A stretch of 64,000 bases of DNA from Microgenomates group bacterium Gr01-1014_7 (GTDB lineage Bacteria > Patescibacteriota > Microgenomatia > Daviesbacterales > UBA10151): contig VMGD01000004.1 of assembly GCA_007376405.1 (NCBI GenBank), positions 8,960 through 72,959 of the forward strand, given 5' to 3'. Shown in pieces: positions 48,473-56,752 of this stretch; the stretch's first letter is position 1; each line of letters starts with the position of its first letter. The notes beneath the pieces were generated by a model. It ran no database searches and was not told where the DNA came from. It worked only from the letters and a program-made list of their open reading frames with translations. A program made the position numbers and the translations under genes.

Positions 48473-50320
48473 TTATCTAACCAAACTTATCTTACTAGTA
48501 GGTATTAGAACCATTATGTTTGTTTTGACGATAACCTTATTTTTTTTGAAATAACTACTTACTTTTTTAGCGAAAACTTCCAACCTGTCAATTCCTGCCA
48601 ATCTCCTGGTAAAGTATCCAGACAATATTTCCAGTTCGCCATTAACTTGTGAGTATTTTGCTTCCAAAGTCGGGGAAATTGCAGAAAGTGTGTGCCAGAG
48701 TAAATATTTCCAACCTTCAGGGTCAGCAGCTTCTAACGAGAGTCTAGGAATCTTTCTTCCTTCTAAGATTTGTATTCTACCACTCATAATTGTTTCTAAA
48801 TATTTATTAAACTCCATTTGTTCATCCTCTCTCTCAGGAAATTGTGGCAGGCCATCATAAAATATTACCTCCCCTCCATTTCTGGAAAATCGAGAGATCT
48901 CTCTGGCAACACTCACAGGTATTACCATAGCCCTCGGAAGGTACAAACTGTCATGATCAGGGAGACTATTTAAAACTCCGACGTCGTTTAGTAAATCAAA
49001 TTGTAAATCTAAACCCAAAGAAGTTCGGGCTGCTTCCAACCGACCGCACACATCTTGCATAGCTCGCGAAATTCTTTTGGCCTCTCTTTCATCTGCAGGG
49101 TTGTAAGAAGCCTGGATTGCCGGAACAGGATAGTAAACCGCAAATCTTGAAGTCTGATCATTACGCAAAACACCATCTTTAAACTCCCTAGTAATTTGAC
49201 CAAAACTATCCCAATAAGGAGGTTCCATAAGAGAAGGCGGTGCATCATGTCTTCTTTCTCCTTCAATAGAAGAAAAAAGTGCATGAGGGATTAAAACAGT
49301 AGCACCGTTTTTAATCTGCCAGCGATTTACTTCCCTGATATGATCTACCGTTAAACCCCAACCAAAAGAACCGAAGGTTTCTGCCATAACTTCAGGCTTA
49401 CCGTATAGTTTGGCAACAGATTTAGCAAACCTTGCACTTATAACATCCTTTTGTGGAGAAAAACCACCAATAAGATCGTATCCTGCCCAATCGAAGTTAC
49501 CCAATGCAGAAAAAGGATCAGCCTGACTTTTTACAGCAGCTAAAGGATCTTCCTCACTTAAAAGCTGTCCTATGAAAAGTACTCCGTGACTTTTACACCA
49601 GTTATGCAGCTGATCTAAAAAATTATTATTATAAAGATGCCCGAGAGTTTGAAAATATCGTAACCTTGCCGACCTATTGATCCAATCCTGTCTTCCCCAG
49701 ATATGAAGAAAGTCAGAATCCAGAGGCACTCCGTGCATCCTACGGTAAACCTCGGGTAATTCCGAAGTATAGGGAACAGCTCCGCCGTCAACTACACCAA
49801 AAAGGTTGGCATACATTCCCGGTTCATCACAATAAAACCCTGCTATTACTCCATTTTCAAAATAGTGAGGAAAACGATCATAGTATGCCTGATGAGTTGA
49901 TTGAATAAAAGTACCTGTGGCATCCTCTGATAAAACATCCACATAACTTCCAAATGAATATGGCGGGTGGAACCTACTCTCTCTTACCTTAAGATTACCT
50001 TCTCTATCAGGCTTTACAACCTTGGCTATAAACTCTTTTTGTTTAGTAACCTGCCCTCCTGCAATGCCAGATGGCCAGTCCTTTTCATCTGTAAACCAAA
50101 CTCTCATCCCCAACTGTTCAGCTCTACTTAAGGCATATCCTGCATGATAAAACCATTCCTCATTAAGATAATCTGTTAATCCAAACCTTGGATGAATGAT
50201 AACTTCTGTTATACCCCTTTGGGAAATTTCATCCATCTGGTGACCTATTTTCTCTTTATCTAATTTCTTATCATTCCAAAACCAGAATGGAATAACCCTC
50301 CCGCCTTCTATATTATTCAT
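48473..50320 (-). CDS. Glycoside hydrolase, GH106-like catalytic domain
   Basis: PFWFWN, HPRFGL, WFTDEKDWPSG.AGG, FYCDEP, MAETFGSFGW. Confidence 0.75.
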   Translation of the reverse strand: MNNIEGGRVIPFWFWNDKKLDKEKIGHQMDEISQRGITEVIIHPRFGLTDYLNEEWFYHAGYALSRAEQLGMRVWFTDEKDWPSGIAGGQVTKQKEFIAKVVKPDREGNLKVRESRFHPPYSFGSYVDVLSEDATGTFIQSTHQAYYDRFPHYFENGVIAGFYCDEPGMYANLFGVVDGGAVPYTSELPEVYRRMHGVPLDSDFLHIWGRQDWINRSARLRYFQTLGHLYNNNFLDQLHNWCKSHGVLFIGQLLSEEDPLAAVKSQADPFSALGNFDWAGYDLIGGFSPQKDVISARFAKSVAKLYGKPEVMAETFGSFGWGLTVDHIREVNRWQIKNGATVLIPHALFSSIEGERRHDAPPSLMEPPYWDSFGQITREFKDGVLRNDQTSRFAVYYPVPAIQASYNPADEREAKRISRAMQDVCGRLEAARTSLGLDLQFDLLNDVGVLNSLPDHDSLYLPRAMVIPVSVAREISRFSRNGGEVIFYDGLPQFPEREDEQMEFNKYLETIMSGRIQILEGRKIPRLSLEAADPEGWKYLLWHTLSAISPTLEAKYSQVNGELEILSGYFTRRLAGIDRLEVFAKKVSSYFKKNKVIVKTNIMVLIPTSKISLVR

Positions 50321-50445
50321 TTTTTTATACTACGCGGCAGTTGTAGGATCTTACTACCTAATTCTAAAAATATCAATTCCTTTTGGTGGAGGAGTTTGTC
50401 CAGATAAATGTCGTTCTCGTCTAGTCATAATAAATATTCTGTTGA

Positions 50446-51429
50446 TTATACTTCATCGAATATCTCTTCTTTATTGTTACTGCTTTTCATAAGTTTTACC
50501 TTTAAGTTCTGAGTTCTCATTTTATTTTCATCACTTGTCCAAATTCCATTATATTTAATTGAGACCTTTGCGAATTTTGGACTAATATTATCAGCAAAAA
50601 TACTGAGATAGAATTCATATTCACCATTAGGATAAATATCAGAGAAAGTATTTGGTTTAATAGAACAGGTTCGAAAACCCTTACTGAATTCTCTATACCT
50701 TGTTCCATCCAGTGGATTAAGGGGTAGTAATTTATCTGCATAATCACTTATCTTTTGAGGTTCTGGTACCTCAAACAGATCTAATGTTCTAAATGTTTCT
50801 TGGGGTATTCGAATAACTCGCTCACTCCCAGCTTCCCCAAATGCCCAATGTAGGTTTAATGGTAAGAATGGTCTTTGTAAAGGTACTTTAGTTTTAGTCT
50901 TTTCCACAACTACTTCAACATTTTCTAAGGTTACTTTGCCTCTATTCCATATTTTTAGCCGAATGTAGTAGGTGGGAACAAATTCCTGAATCACATAACT
51001 AGTATTATTTTGAATATACTGAGCAGCTATGTTCATAATAGTTGAGTGGTAGTTGTCTTTTTCATTTTCCTTGAATTCAATATCTAAGATTGGGCGATCT
51101 CTGTATTTTGTAGGATTGTCTTTTATTAAGACAGAATAGAAAAGAGTGAAGAAAGTGGCTAGGAAAATCAGAATTTGAATAAGGTCAGCAGTTTGTATAA
51201 ATTTTTTGGGTAATAAGAATTCAATCGCAAATATAGTGAAACTAGCAATTATTAAAACAGCAGTAAAAATTAAAACTCGGTCGGAATTGGCCTTGAAAAA
51301 ATCCAAGCAGTAGCTTAATAAAAGTCTAAGTGTTTTTGAAGTTAAAATTTTCGGCAAGATTATTCTGCTAAATATAATTCCAAGGGAGTAACAAAATAAT
51401 CCAAATACCAGAAAAAGAGTTCTGTCCAT
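50446..51429 (-). CDS. Hypothetical membrane protein
   Basis: Three N-terminal TMs, soluble beta-rich C-terminus, AT-rich DNA. Confidence 0.7.
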   Translation of the reverse strand: MDRTLFLVFGLFCYSLGIIFSRIILPKILTSKTLRLLLSYCLDFFKANSDRVLIFTAVLIIASFTIFAIEFLLPKKFIQTADLIQILIFLATFFTLFYSVLIKDNPTKYRDRPILDIEFKENEKDNYHSTIMNIAAQYIQNNTSYVIQEFVPTYYIRLKIWNRGKVTLENVEVVVEKTKTKVPLQRPFLPLNLHWAFGEAGSERVIRIPQETFRTLDLFEVPEPQKISDYADKLLPLNPLDGTRYREFSKGFRTCSIKPNTFSDIYPNGEYEFYLSIFADNISPKFAKVSIKYNGIWTSDENKMRTQNLKVKLMKSSNNKEEIFDEV

Positions 51430-51739
51430 AAAAATTGGGCAGAATTTATATAATTATAGCATTTTACAGGGTTAATATTTGGACAATCGGACACATATAA
51501 AAAAGGCATCAATTATACTTGACAGTCTAATTTGAAAGTAGTATAAATTAGACAGTGAGGTTCAATTTATGCTACTTATTTCAGATAATCTTCTTATAAA
51601 ATATCTTAAGGTTAATGAACAGTTTAAACTTGATGAGTTTATCAATAAGAAACTTTTTATTGAAATAAAATAATACTAATTATTCACTTAAGTGGATTTT
51701 AAAGATAAAAAATTGTATAATCCAGCCATAGAATGAGAG

Positions 51740-52396
51740 ATGCAGAATAAAATGGCAACTGAACAAAAGGGACAACAAAGTCCAGCTACCTACGAACGTA
51801 CGATCGGAGGTACGGCTGGTTGGAAAATAGGAGTAGATGCTAGTGAACCACTTCCAGAATTTATTCAAGAATATACAAGGGATGTTCTAACTTGGTTTAA
51901 TCCAGCTCAGGGTTGGCAAATAACAGAGGTAAGAGCAGTGTTACTTGATCCCGCTCAAATTAAATATGCAGCAGAGCAAAGAACAGACGCCCCAATCGAA
52001 CTTTCTCCTGACCTATTAACACTTGGTTTTTCACTGAGAGCCGCAAATCCTCCCTTAAGAAGAAATTGGAGACGTAATCCTATTGGTTTAGATATGGGAA
52101 AAGTTTTTTCTCCAGATTTTGAAGGACAAATTGCTGTAGGAGAAGATGGTAGATCAGCTGATCTGTTACCTAGAAAAATTGGAACTTCTTATCGTCTAGA
52201 AGAAGCATTAAGAGAACTTTCCAACACATTTTACTTATCAGGTGTATTGGTTCATGCAGCCTATAAACAACCAGTTAGATTTAACTTTGTGCCTCCGCAC
52301 ACTCCACTAGAAGAAGACGCTACACGAGAGCCTTTCCCCAAAAATATTTCTATGATGGTGATTTTGAGAAATTTATATACAAAAGAGGATGGATGA
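51740..52396 (+). CDS. Hypothetical protein
   Basis: 218-aa ORF; no family recognised. Confidence 0.6.
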   Translation: MQNKMATEQKGQQSPATYERTIGGTAGWKIGVDASEPLPEFIQEYTRDVLTWFNPAQGWQITEVRAVLLDPAQIKYAAEQRTDAPIELSPDLLTLGFSLRAANPPLRRNWRRNPIGLDMGKVFSPDFEGQIAVGEDGRSADLLPRKIGTSYRLEEALRELSNTFYLSGVLVHAAYKQPVRFNFVPPHTPLEEDATREPFPKNISMMVILRNLYTKEDG

Positions 52397-52796
52397 CTTA
52401 AATAGACAGATTATTGAGTTGAAAGCCAGGAGAGACCAAATAGCTGAAAAGAATTTTAGAGGAGTCCTGAGTGATACTTTAGCTAAAGAATTATTGGATA
52501 AAAATGAAAAAAAGGAATCCGAACTCACCCTAGAATTACATAGTTACCAAAATAACCAGGAAGATATAATGAAGATTGTAAGGCATAGCCTATCTATTTT
52601 AGAAGATATAGGCAGTGCGTGGCTAAGAGTTGATTTACAGGTGAAGAAAAGGTTCCAAAAATTCCTTTTTCCCCAAGGGTTGCCTTTTAATGGAGATAAT
52701 TTTGGAACCCCTATTTTAGCCTATTGTATCAAGCCAAAGTGGAGCATAACTCCTCAAAAATCCCTAATAGTACCAGCTAGAATAAGAACTTTTTGA
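52389..52796 (+). pseudogene. C-terminal coiled-coil tail fragment of a second large serine recombinase
   Basis: Coiled coil then W...KKRFQKFLFPQGL.F....FGTP, typical of recombinase tails; no catalytic domain. Confidence 0.55.
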
Positions 52797-52874
52797 TTTT
52801 GTCCTTGATAAACCTTAACCTTCATTGAAATTAATACTTGCAAAAAAATTACAAAAATATGGTATATTATCAAT

Positions 52875-53057
52875 ATGCTGATATCAAATATTCTTAATTC
52901 ATATATAAATAAATGGGTAGCACTTACATCAGATAGAAAAAAGGTAGTGGCCGCAGCACCTGATCTTAAAAAGCTTGATATTAAGGTTAAGAAGGCAAAA
53001 ATGGGAGATGTAATATATCATTACGTTTTACCATTTGATAAATCTTTCTCACCTTAA
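52875..53057 (+). CDS. Small DUF5678-like protein
   Basis: YINKWVAL....VVAAAPDL motif; coupled to protease gene. Confidence 0.7.
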   Translation: MLISNILNSYINKWVALTSDRKKVVAAAPDLKKLDIKVKKAKMGDVIYHYVLPFDKSFSP

Positions 53058-53485
53058 TGTCGAAAATTAGTTTTTCCTATTTTGTACAGGATAAATTAGA
53101 TCCCAAAACTAATAAAGTTATCGGCCACATTTTAAGACCATATATTCCCATAAGGCTTTCTCTTTATCATGGTAATCCTACAAATCATGTAAACGCCTTA
53201 GTGGATTCCGGTTCGGATAGAAATCTATTCCCTAAACATTGGGGAGATATCTTAGGGATTAATTTTAGAAAAATAAAGTCGGTTCAGATTTCCGGAATAG
53301 GCAACATAACTGTTATGGCTTATCCCGTTAAAATAAATATCTGGGTTAATAATAAAAAATATGAAACTGATGCTGATTTTAGTCCGCAACAACAAACTCC
53401 ATTGTTAGGAAGAAGCGGATTTTTTAATTTATTTAAAGAAATCATTTTTGAAGAAAACAAAAGTTATCTGCATATAATCATATAA
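53057..53485 (+). CDS. Retropepsin-like aspartyl protease
   Basis: RPYIPI...ALVDSGSD...LLGRSGFF. Confidence 0.85.
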   Translation: MSKISFSYFVQDKLDPKTNKVIGHILRPYIPIRLSLYHGNPTNHVNALVDSGSDRNLFPKHWGDILGINFRKIKSVQISGIGNITVMAYPVKINIWVNNKKYETDADFSPQQQTPLLGRSGFFNLFKEIIFEENKSYLHIII

Positions 53486-53746
53486 GGTGCATAAACTAGA
53501 TATACCTTGGAGATGTATCAGGAGCAGTTGCAGGAATTGGAACTTTTAAAACAATCTGTTTTACACCAAGCATTTCAGGGGGAATTAGCAGATGAGAAAA
53601 AGGAGAAAAACTAAGCCTAAGTTTAAAGTAATATATGAGTACATTCCTAGTCCGGATGCTGCAGAACGGGTTATACCCAAAATACTTCAATTTGTAATAT
53701 TCAATCAAGATTTTGGGTTCAAGGTTATCCGCCACAGGCGGATGTT

Positions 53747-53770
53747 CTTATATTTGGCTGTTAAGGTCTC
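53747..53770. repeat. 24-bp sequence present in inverted orientation at 61416-61439
   Basis: CTTATATTTGGCTGTTAAGGTCTC is the exact reverse complement of GAGACCTTAACAGCCAAATATAAG. Confidence 0.85.
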
Positions 53771-53848
53771 AAGTTGCAAAATAAGCTCCTTATCAACACA
53801 GGCACCGCCCCTTTACACCTTAACTTTTTAGGGTTAAACTAAAGATAA

Positions 53849-54385
53849 ATGCCAAAGAATAAAGTTTTGCATCCTAAATTAGGTGAGGCAGGGGAGGTGA
53901 GAACCTTGCTTTCCTGGGAAGCTCCTTCCCGCCCTTTTAGAAAAAAAGACCGCTCTTACTATACCACCTTGGCCATTATTGTCATTTTACTGGTTTTGAT
54001 TCTACTTCTGGCCAAAGAGTTTCTCCTGATTGCCACTATTTTATCTTTGGCTTTTGTGGCCTATGTTTTGGCTTTTGTGCCTCCTCACCATATTCAATAC
54101 AGGATCTCCACCCAGGGTGTAACTATCAATGAGGATTTTTATTTCTGGCATTTTCTGGATGCTTTCTGGTTTAAAGAAAAAGAAGGACATAAAATTTTGA
54201 TAATTCAAACAAGATTCCGTTTTCCGGCACAACTAATGCTGGTACTGGCAAATCACGAAGTAGAAAAAGTGAAAAAGATCGTAGCCCGCTTCTTGCCTTT
54301 TGTGGAAGTGCCATATAAATCATGGATGGAACGCTGGAGTGAGGGTCTTCAAAAAAACTTCCCCCTGGAAAACGTCCATCGTTGA
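53849..54385 (+). CDS. Two-TM membrane protein with PH-like C-terminal domain
   Basis: LLSWEAPSRPF, two TMs, YRISTQGV...FYFW..L..FW. Confidence 0.75.
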   Translation: MPKNKVLHPKLGEAGEVRTLLSWEAPSRPFRKKDRSYYTTLAIIVILLVLILLLAKEFLLIATILSLAFVAYVLAFVPPHHIQYRISTQGVTINEDFYFWHFLDAFWFKEKEGHKILIIQTRFRFPAQLMLVLANHEVEKVKKIVARFLPFVEVPYKSWMERWSEGLQKNFPLENVHR

Positions 54386-54423
54386 TCATTCTATAACTCA
54401 ATTGTTGTACAATACACTTGTTT

Positions 54424-54497
54424 GTGCCCGTAGCATAATTGGATAGTGCACGAGATTGCGGATCTTGAGGTTGTGGGTTCGAGTCCCGCCGGGCGCG
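54424..54497 (+). tRNA. tRNA-Arg(GCG)
   Basis: GTGCCCG/CGGGCGC acceptor; CGAGA-ttGCGga-TCTTG; GGTTCGAGTCC. Confidence 0.92.
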
Positions 54498-54523
54498 CAC
54501 TTCGACAGGCTCAGTGTAAACCG

Positions 54524-54605
54524 GGAGGGTGTACCGGACGGTAAGGTAATGGTCTCGAAAACCATCGGGCGAAAGCCTTAGCAGGTTCGACTCCTGCACC
54601 CTCCG
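54524..54605 (+). tRNA. tRNA-Ser(CGA)
   Basis: GGAGGGT/ACCCTCC acceptor; ATGGT-ctCGAaa-ACCAT; variable arm GGCGAAAGCC. Confidence 0.9.
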
Positions 54606-54631
54606 CCTTCGCTCGCCGAAGCGAGCTACGG

Positions 54632-54759
54632 CGGACAAAGTCCGCCAGGTAGATCGCGAAGGCGAGATTCGGACAAAGTCCGCCAGGTAGATCGCGAAGG
54701 CGAGATTCGGACAAAGTCCGCCAGGTAGATCGCGAAGGCGAGATTCGGACAAAGTCCGC
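54632..54759. repeat. Tandem 38-bp REP-like repeat (three full copies plus a partial)
   Basis: CGGACAAAGTCCGCCAGGTAGATCGCGAAGGCGAGATT starting at 54632, 54670, 54708 and (partial) 54746. Confidence 0.92.
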
Positions 54760-54767
54760 TATAACAA

Positions 54768-55004
54768 ATGCATTACGTTTACATACTTAAATGTGCAGAC
54801 AATAAAACTTATGTCGGCTGTACAGATAACTTGGATGGTCGTTTGAAGCGTCATCAATCTGGTTGGGTACCAGCCACGAAGGAGAGATTACCGGTAGACT
54901 TACAAACCTACATAGTGTTTGGAAATAAATATAAAGCTTATGAGTTTGAGAAATATCTGAAAAGTGGTTCCGGAAGAGCATTTCTTAAAAAGCGATTAAT
55001 TTGA
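54768..55004 (+). CDS. Small GIY-YIG nuclease
   Basis: HYVYILKC....YVGCT..L..RL..H...A..FEKYLKSGSGR. Confidence 0.92.
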   Translation: MHYVYILKCADNKTYVGCTDNLDGRLKRHQSGWVPATKERLPVDLQTYIVFGNKYKAYEFEKYLKSGSGRAFLKKRLI

Positions 55005-55010
55005 TAATAT

Positions 55011-55083
55011 GTGCCCGTGGCTCAACGGATAGAGCACGAGATTCCGGATCTTGAGATTGGAGGTTCGAGTCCTCTCGGGCACG
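55011..55083 (+). tRNA. tRNA-Arg(CCG)
   Basis: GTGCCCG/CGGGCAC acceptor; CGAGA-ttCCGga-TCTTG. Confidence 0.93.
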
Positions 55084-55138
55084 CAGCAATTTGATTTAGC
55101 TGTCTTATAGCGATAAAATAGTATGCTTGGATTATACT

Positions 55139-55705
55139 ATGCAAGAAAAAGATGTTGGTAATACCGGTGAACAGGCCTTTACAGCTGTTGTGGATCAGGT
55201 ATGGGGAAGATTAGAAGCAGCAGGAAATTCTCCTCAAGCTATAACAGCTGCATATGAACTCTACGGTACAGATGATCCGTTGATAGTGACTGAACATGTT
55301 ATTAAGGTTCATATACTAGATGGGGCAAATATTGAAGTCAGAATGGCGAATTTTGAAGGAAATATGGAGGCCGCTTTAATTTCTAGGGGTAAGCGCCGAA
55401 GGTTAGTTTTAGCCGCGAGGCTCGACGTACCGACACGAATTTATTACTACCTCCATAGTCTTGGTCATATTGCAACTGGGCACCCCGCCCAGGCAACACT
55501 CCCAGTTGTTGGTATAGGTTTAAGATATGAAATAGTGGGCAGAAACGTTTTGAGGAGTCTTTTTCAGGGACAAGAAATACTAGCAGATGAATGGGCTTTA
55601 AGAGTTACAGACAGACCACAAAATCCTGGCAATCCTTTCATTACAGAAGTCAGAAATGCTGTAGTTGTTGCTACACGAAGATTTAAACCTGCTCCGTCTA
55701 ATTAG
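55139..55705 (+). CDS. ImmA/IrrE-like zincin-fold protein with degenerate motif
   Basis: LHSLGHIATGH...QEILADEWA resembles HELGH...E..AD.FA. Confidence 0.5.
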   Translation: MQEKDVGNTGEQAFTAVVDQVWGRLEAAGNSPQAITAAYELYGTDDPLIVTEHVIKVHILDGANIEVRMANFEGNMEAALISRGKRRRLVLAARLDVPTRIYYYLHSLGHIATGHPAQATLPVVGIGLRYEIVGRNVLRSLFQGQEILADEWALRVTDRPQNPGNPFITEVRNAVVVATRRFKPAPSN

Positions 55706-55751
55706 TCGCGCTCTTGACAACCTGTTATAACTGTGTAATAATTATTACATC

Positions 55752-56030
55752 ATGAACATGTTGCTTAATGAAGATTTTACCAGCGTACAAAAGGTTCAGG
55801 CCGGCGTAAGCAGGATACTTAAAAATGCCGAGAGAGCCGGTAAGTTTGTTAGAATTTTAAGAAATAATGAACCTGTTGGAATATTAATTCCGAATAATGT
55901 TTGGGAATCATATCTGGAAGCTTTAGAGGCGTTATCTTCTGAAAGATACCTTAAAAGAATAGCAAAATCACGGGCAGATAAAGTTCGTTATTCTTCAGTA
56001 CAAGTGAAAAAAATGCTGGGAATAGATTAA
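55752..56030 (+). CDS. Phd/YefM-like antitoxin
   Basis: ILRNNEPVGILI...WESYLEALEALS; upstream of RelE. Confidence 0.8.
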   Translation: MNMLLNEDFTSVQKVQAGVSRILKNAERAGKFVRILRNNEPVGILIPNNVWESYLEALEALSSERYLKRIAKSRADKVRYSSVQVKKMLGID

Positions 56031-56285
56031 ATGTTTGATTACCAGTTTACTAAAACTTCTTTTAGACGCTTTAAAAAATTGCCAAAAGATATTCAAATAA
56101 GAATAATTAACAAATTAGATTTTTTTTGCAGTCAAGAAGATCCGCTGGAGTTTGCAGAACCGCTTACACAGAGTAATTTGGGGCATTACAGATTTAGGAT
56201 AGGGGATTATAGAGTGGCTTTTGATATGGAGGATAAAATTCTGGTTATACATGATGTTGATAACAGAAAAAATATTTATCGATGA
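56031..56285 (+). CDS. relE: RelE/ParE-family toxin
   Basis: FKKLPKDIQ.RI...YRFRIGDYRV.F...RKNIYR. Confidence 0.9.
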   Translation: MFDYQFTKTSFRRFKKLPKDIQIRIINKLDFFCSQEDPLEFAEPLTQSNLGHYRFRIGDYRVAFDMEDKILVIHDVDNRKNIYR

Positions 56286-56752
56286 AAAGAGAATTTAGTG
56301 CAGGTGGAATTGTTTTTAATACTGCGGGCCAGGTGCTTTTGACAAAGCACTCACAGAATAAACACTGGAGTTTTCCTAAGGGATTGCTTGACCTGGGGCA
56401 GACGAGTGAACAGGCTGCAGTTCGGGAAGTAAGAGAAGAAGGCGGGATAGAAGCAGAAATAGTTAATAAGGTGGGTTATTCAAAATATGTCTATACCCTA
56501 AATGGGGAAAAAATATTTAAAGTAGTAACTTACTATTTAATGAAATATTTACGAGGTGATCCCAAAGATCATGACTGGGAAGTGGAGGAGGCAGGATGGT
56601 ATGACGTAGAAGCTGCTTTAACAAAGCTCACCTTTTCTCAAGACAAAATCTTATTAAAGAAAGCTAAAGAAATTTGCCTGACATCTCCTGGCGTTAATTC
56701 TACTGCTTGTCCCCATACTCTAACAGGGATAGCATCGTCCGACAAAAGATAA
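56282..56752 (+). CDS. NUDIX hydrolase
   Basis: WSFPKG.....QTSEQAAVREVREEGG Nudix box; C-terminal tail overlaps the GH65 3' end. Confidence 0.9.
   Translation: MKREFSAGGIVFNTAGQVLLTKHSQNKHWSFPKGLLDLGQTSEQAAVREVREEGGIEAEIVNKVGYSKYVYTLNGEKIFKVVTYYLMKYLRGDPKDHDWEVEEAGWYDVEAALTKLTFSQDKILLKKAKEICLTSPGVNSTACPHTLTGIASSDKR

Larger units (their letters stand above)
41620..53800. mobile_element. Degraded genomic island at tRNA-Ser(TGA); right boundary approximate
   Basis: Recombinase abutting the tRNA 3' end, BRO-N gene, HTH and recombinase fragments, mixed cargo; no att duplication found. Confidence 0.55.

Noticed and set aside
41600..53800. attL/attR duplication of the tRNA-Ser 3' end
   Set aside because: No second copy found by eye, so the island's right end is unproven
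54171..54752. 193-aa and 67-aa minus-strand ORFs (also 41368-41622)
   Set aside because: Antisense translations of tRNA genes and repeats
54632..54759. Possible CRISPR array
   Set aside because: Units are wholly identical with no unique spacers, and there are no cas genes; it is a tandem REP-like repeat
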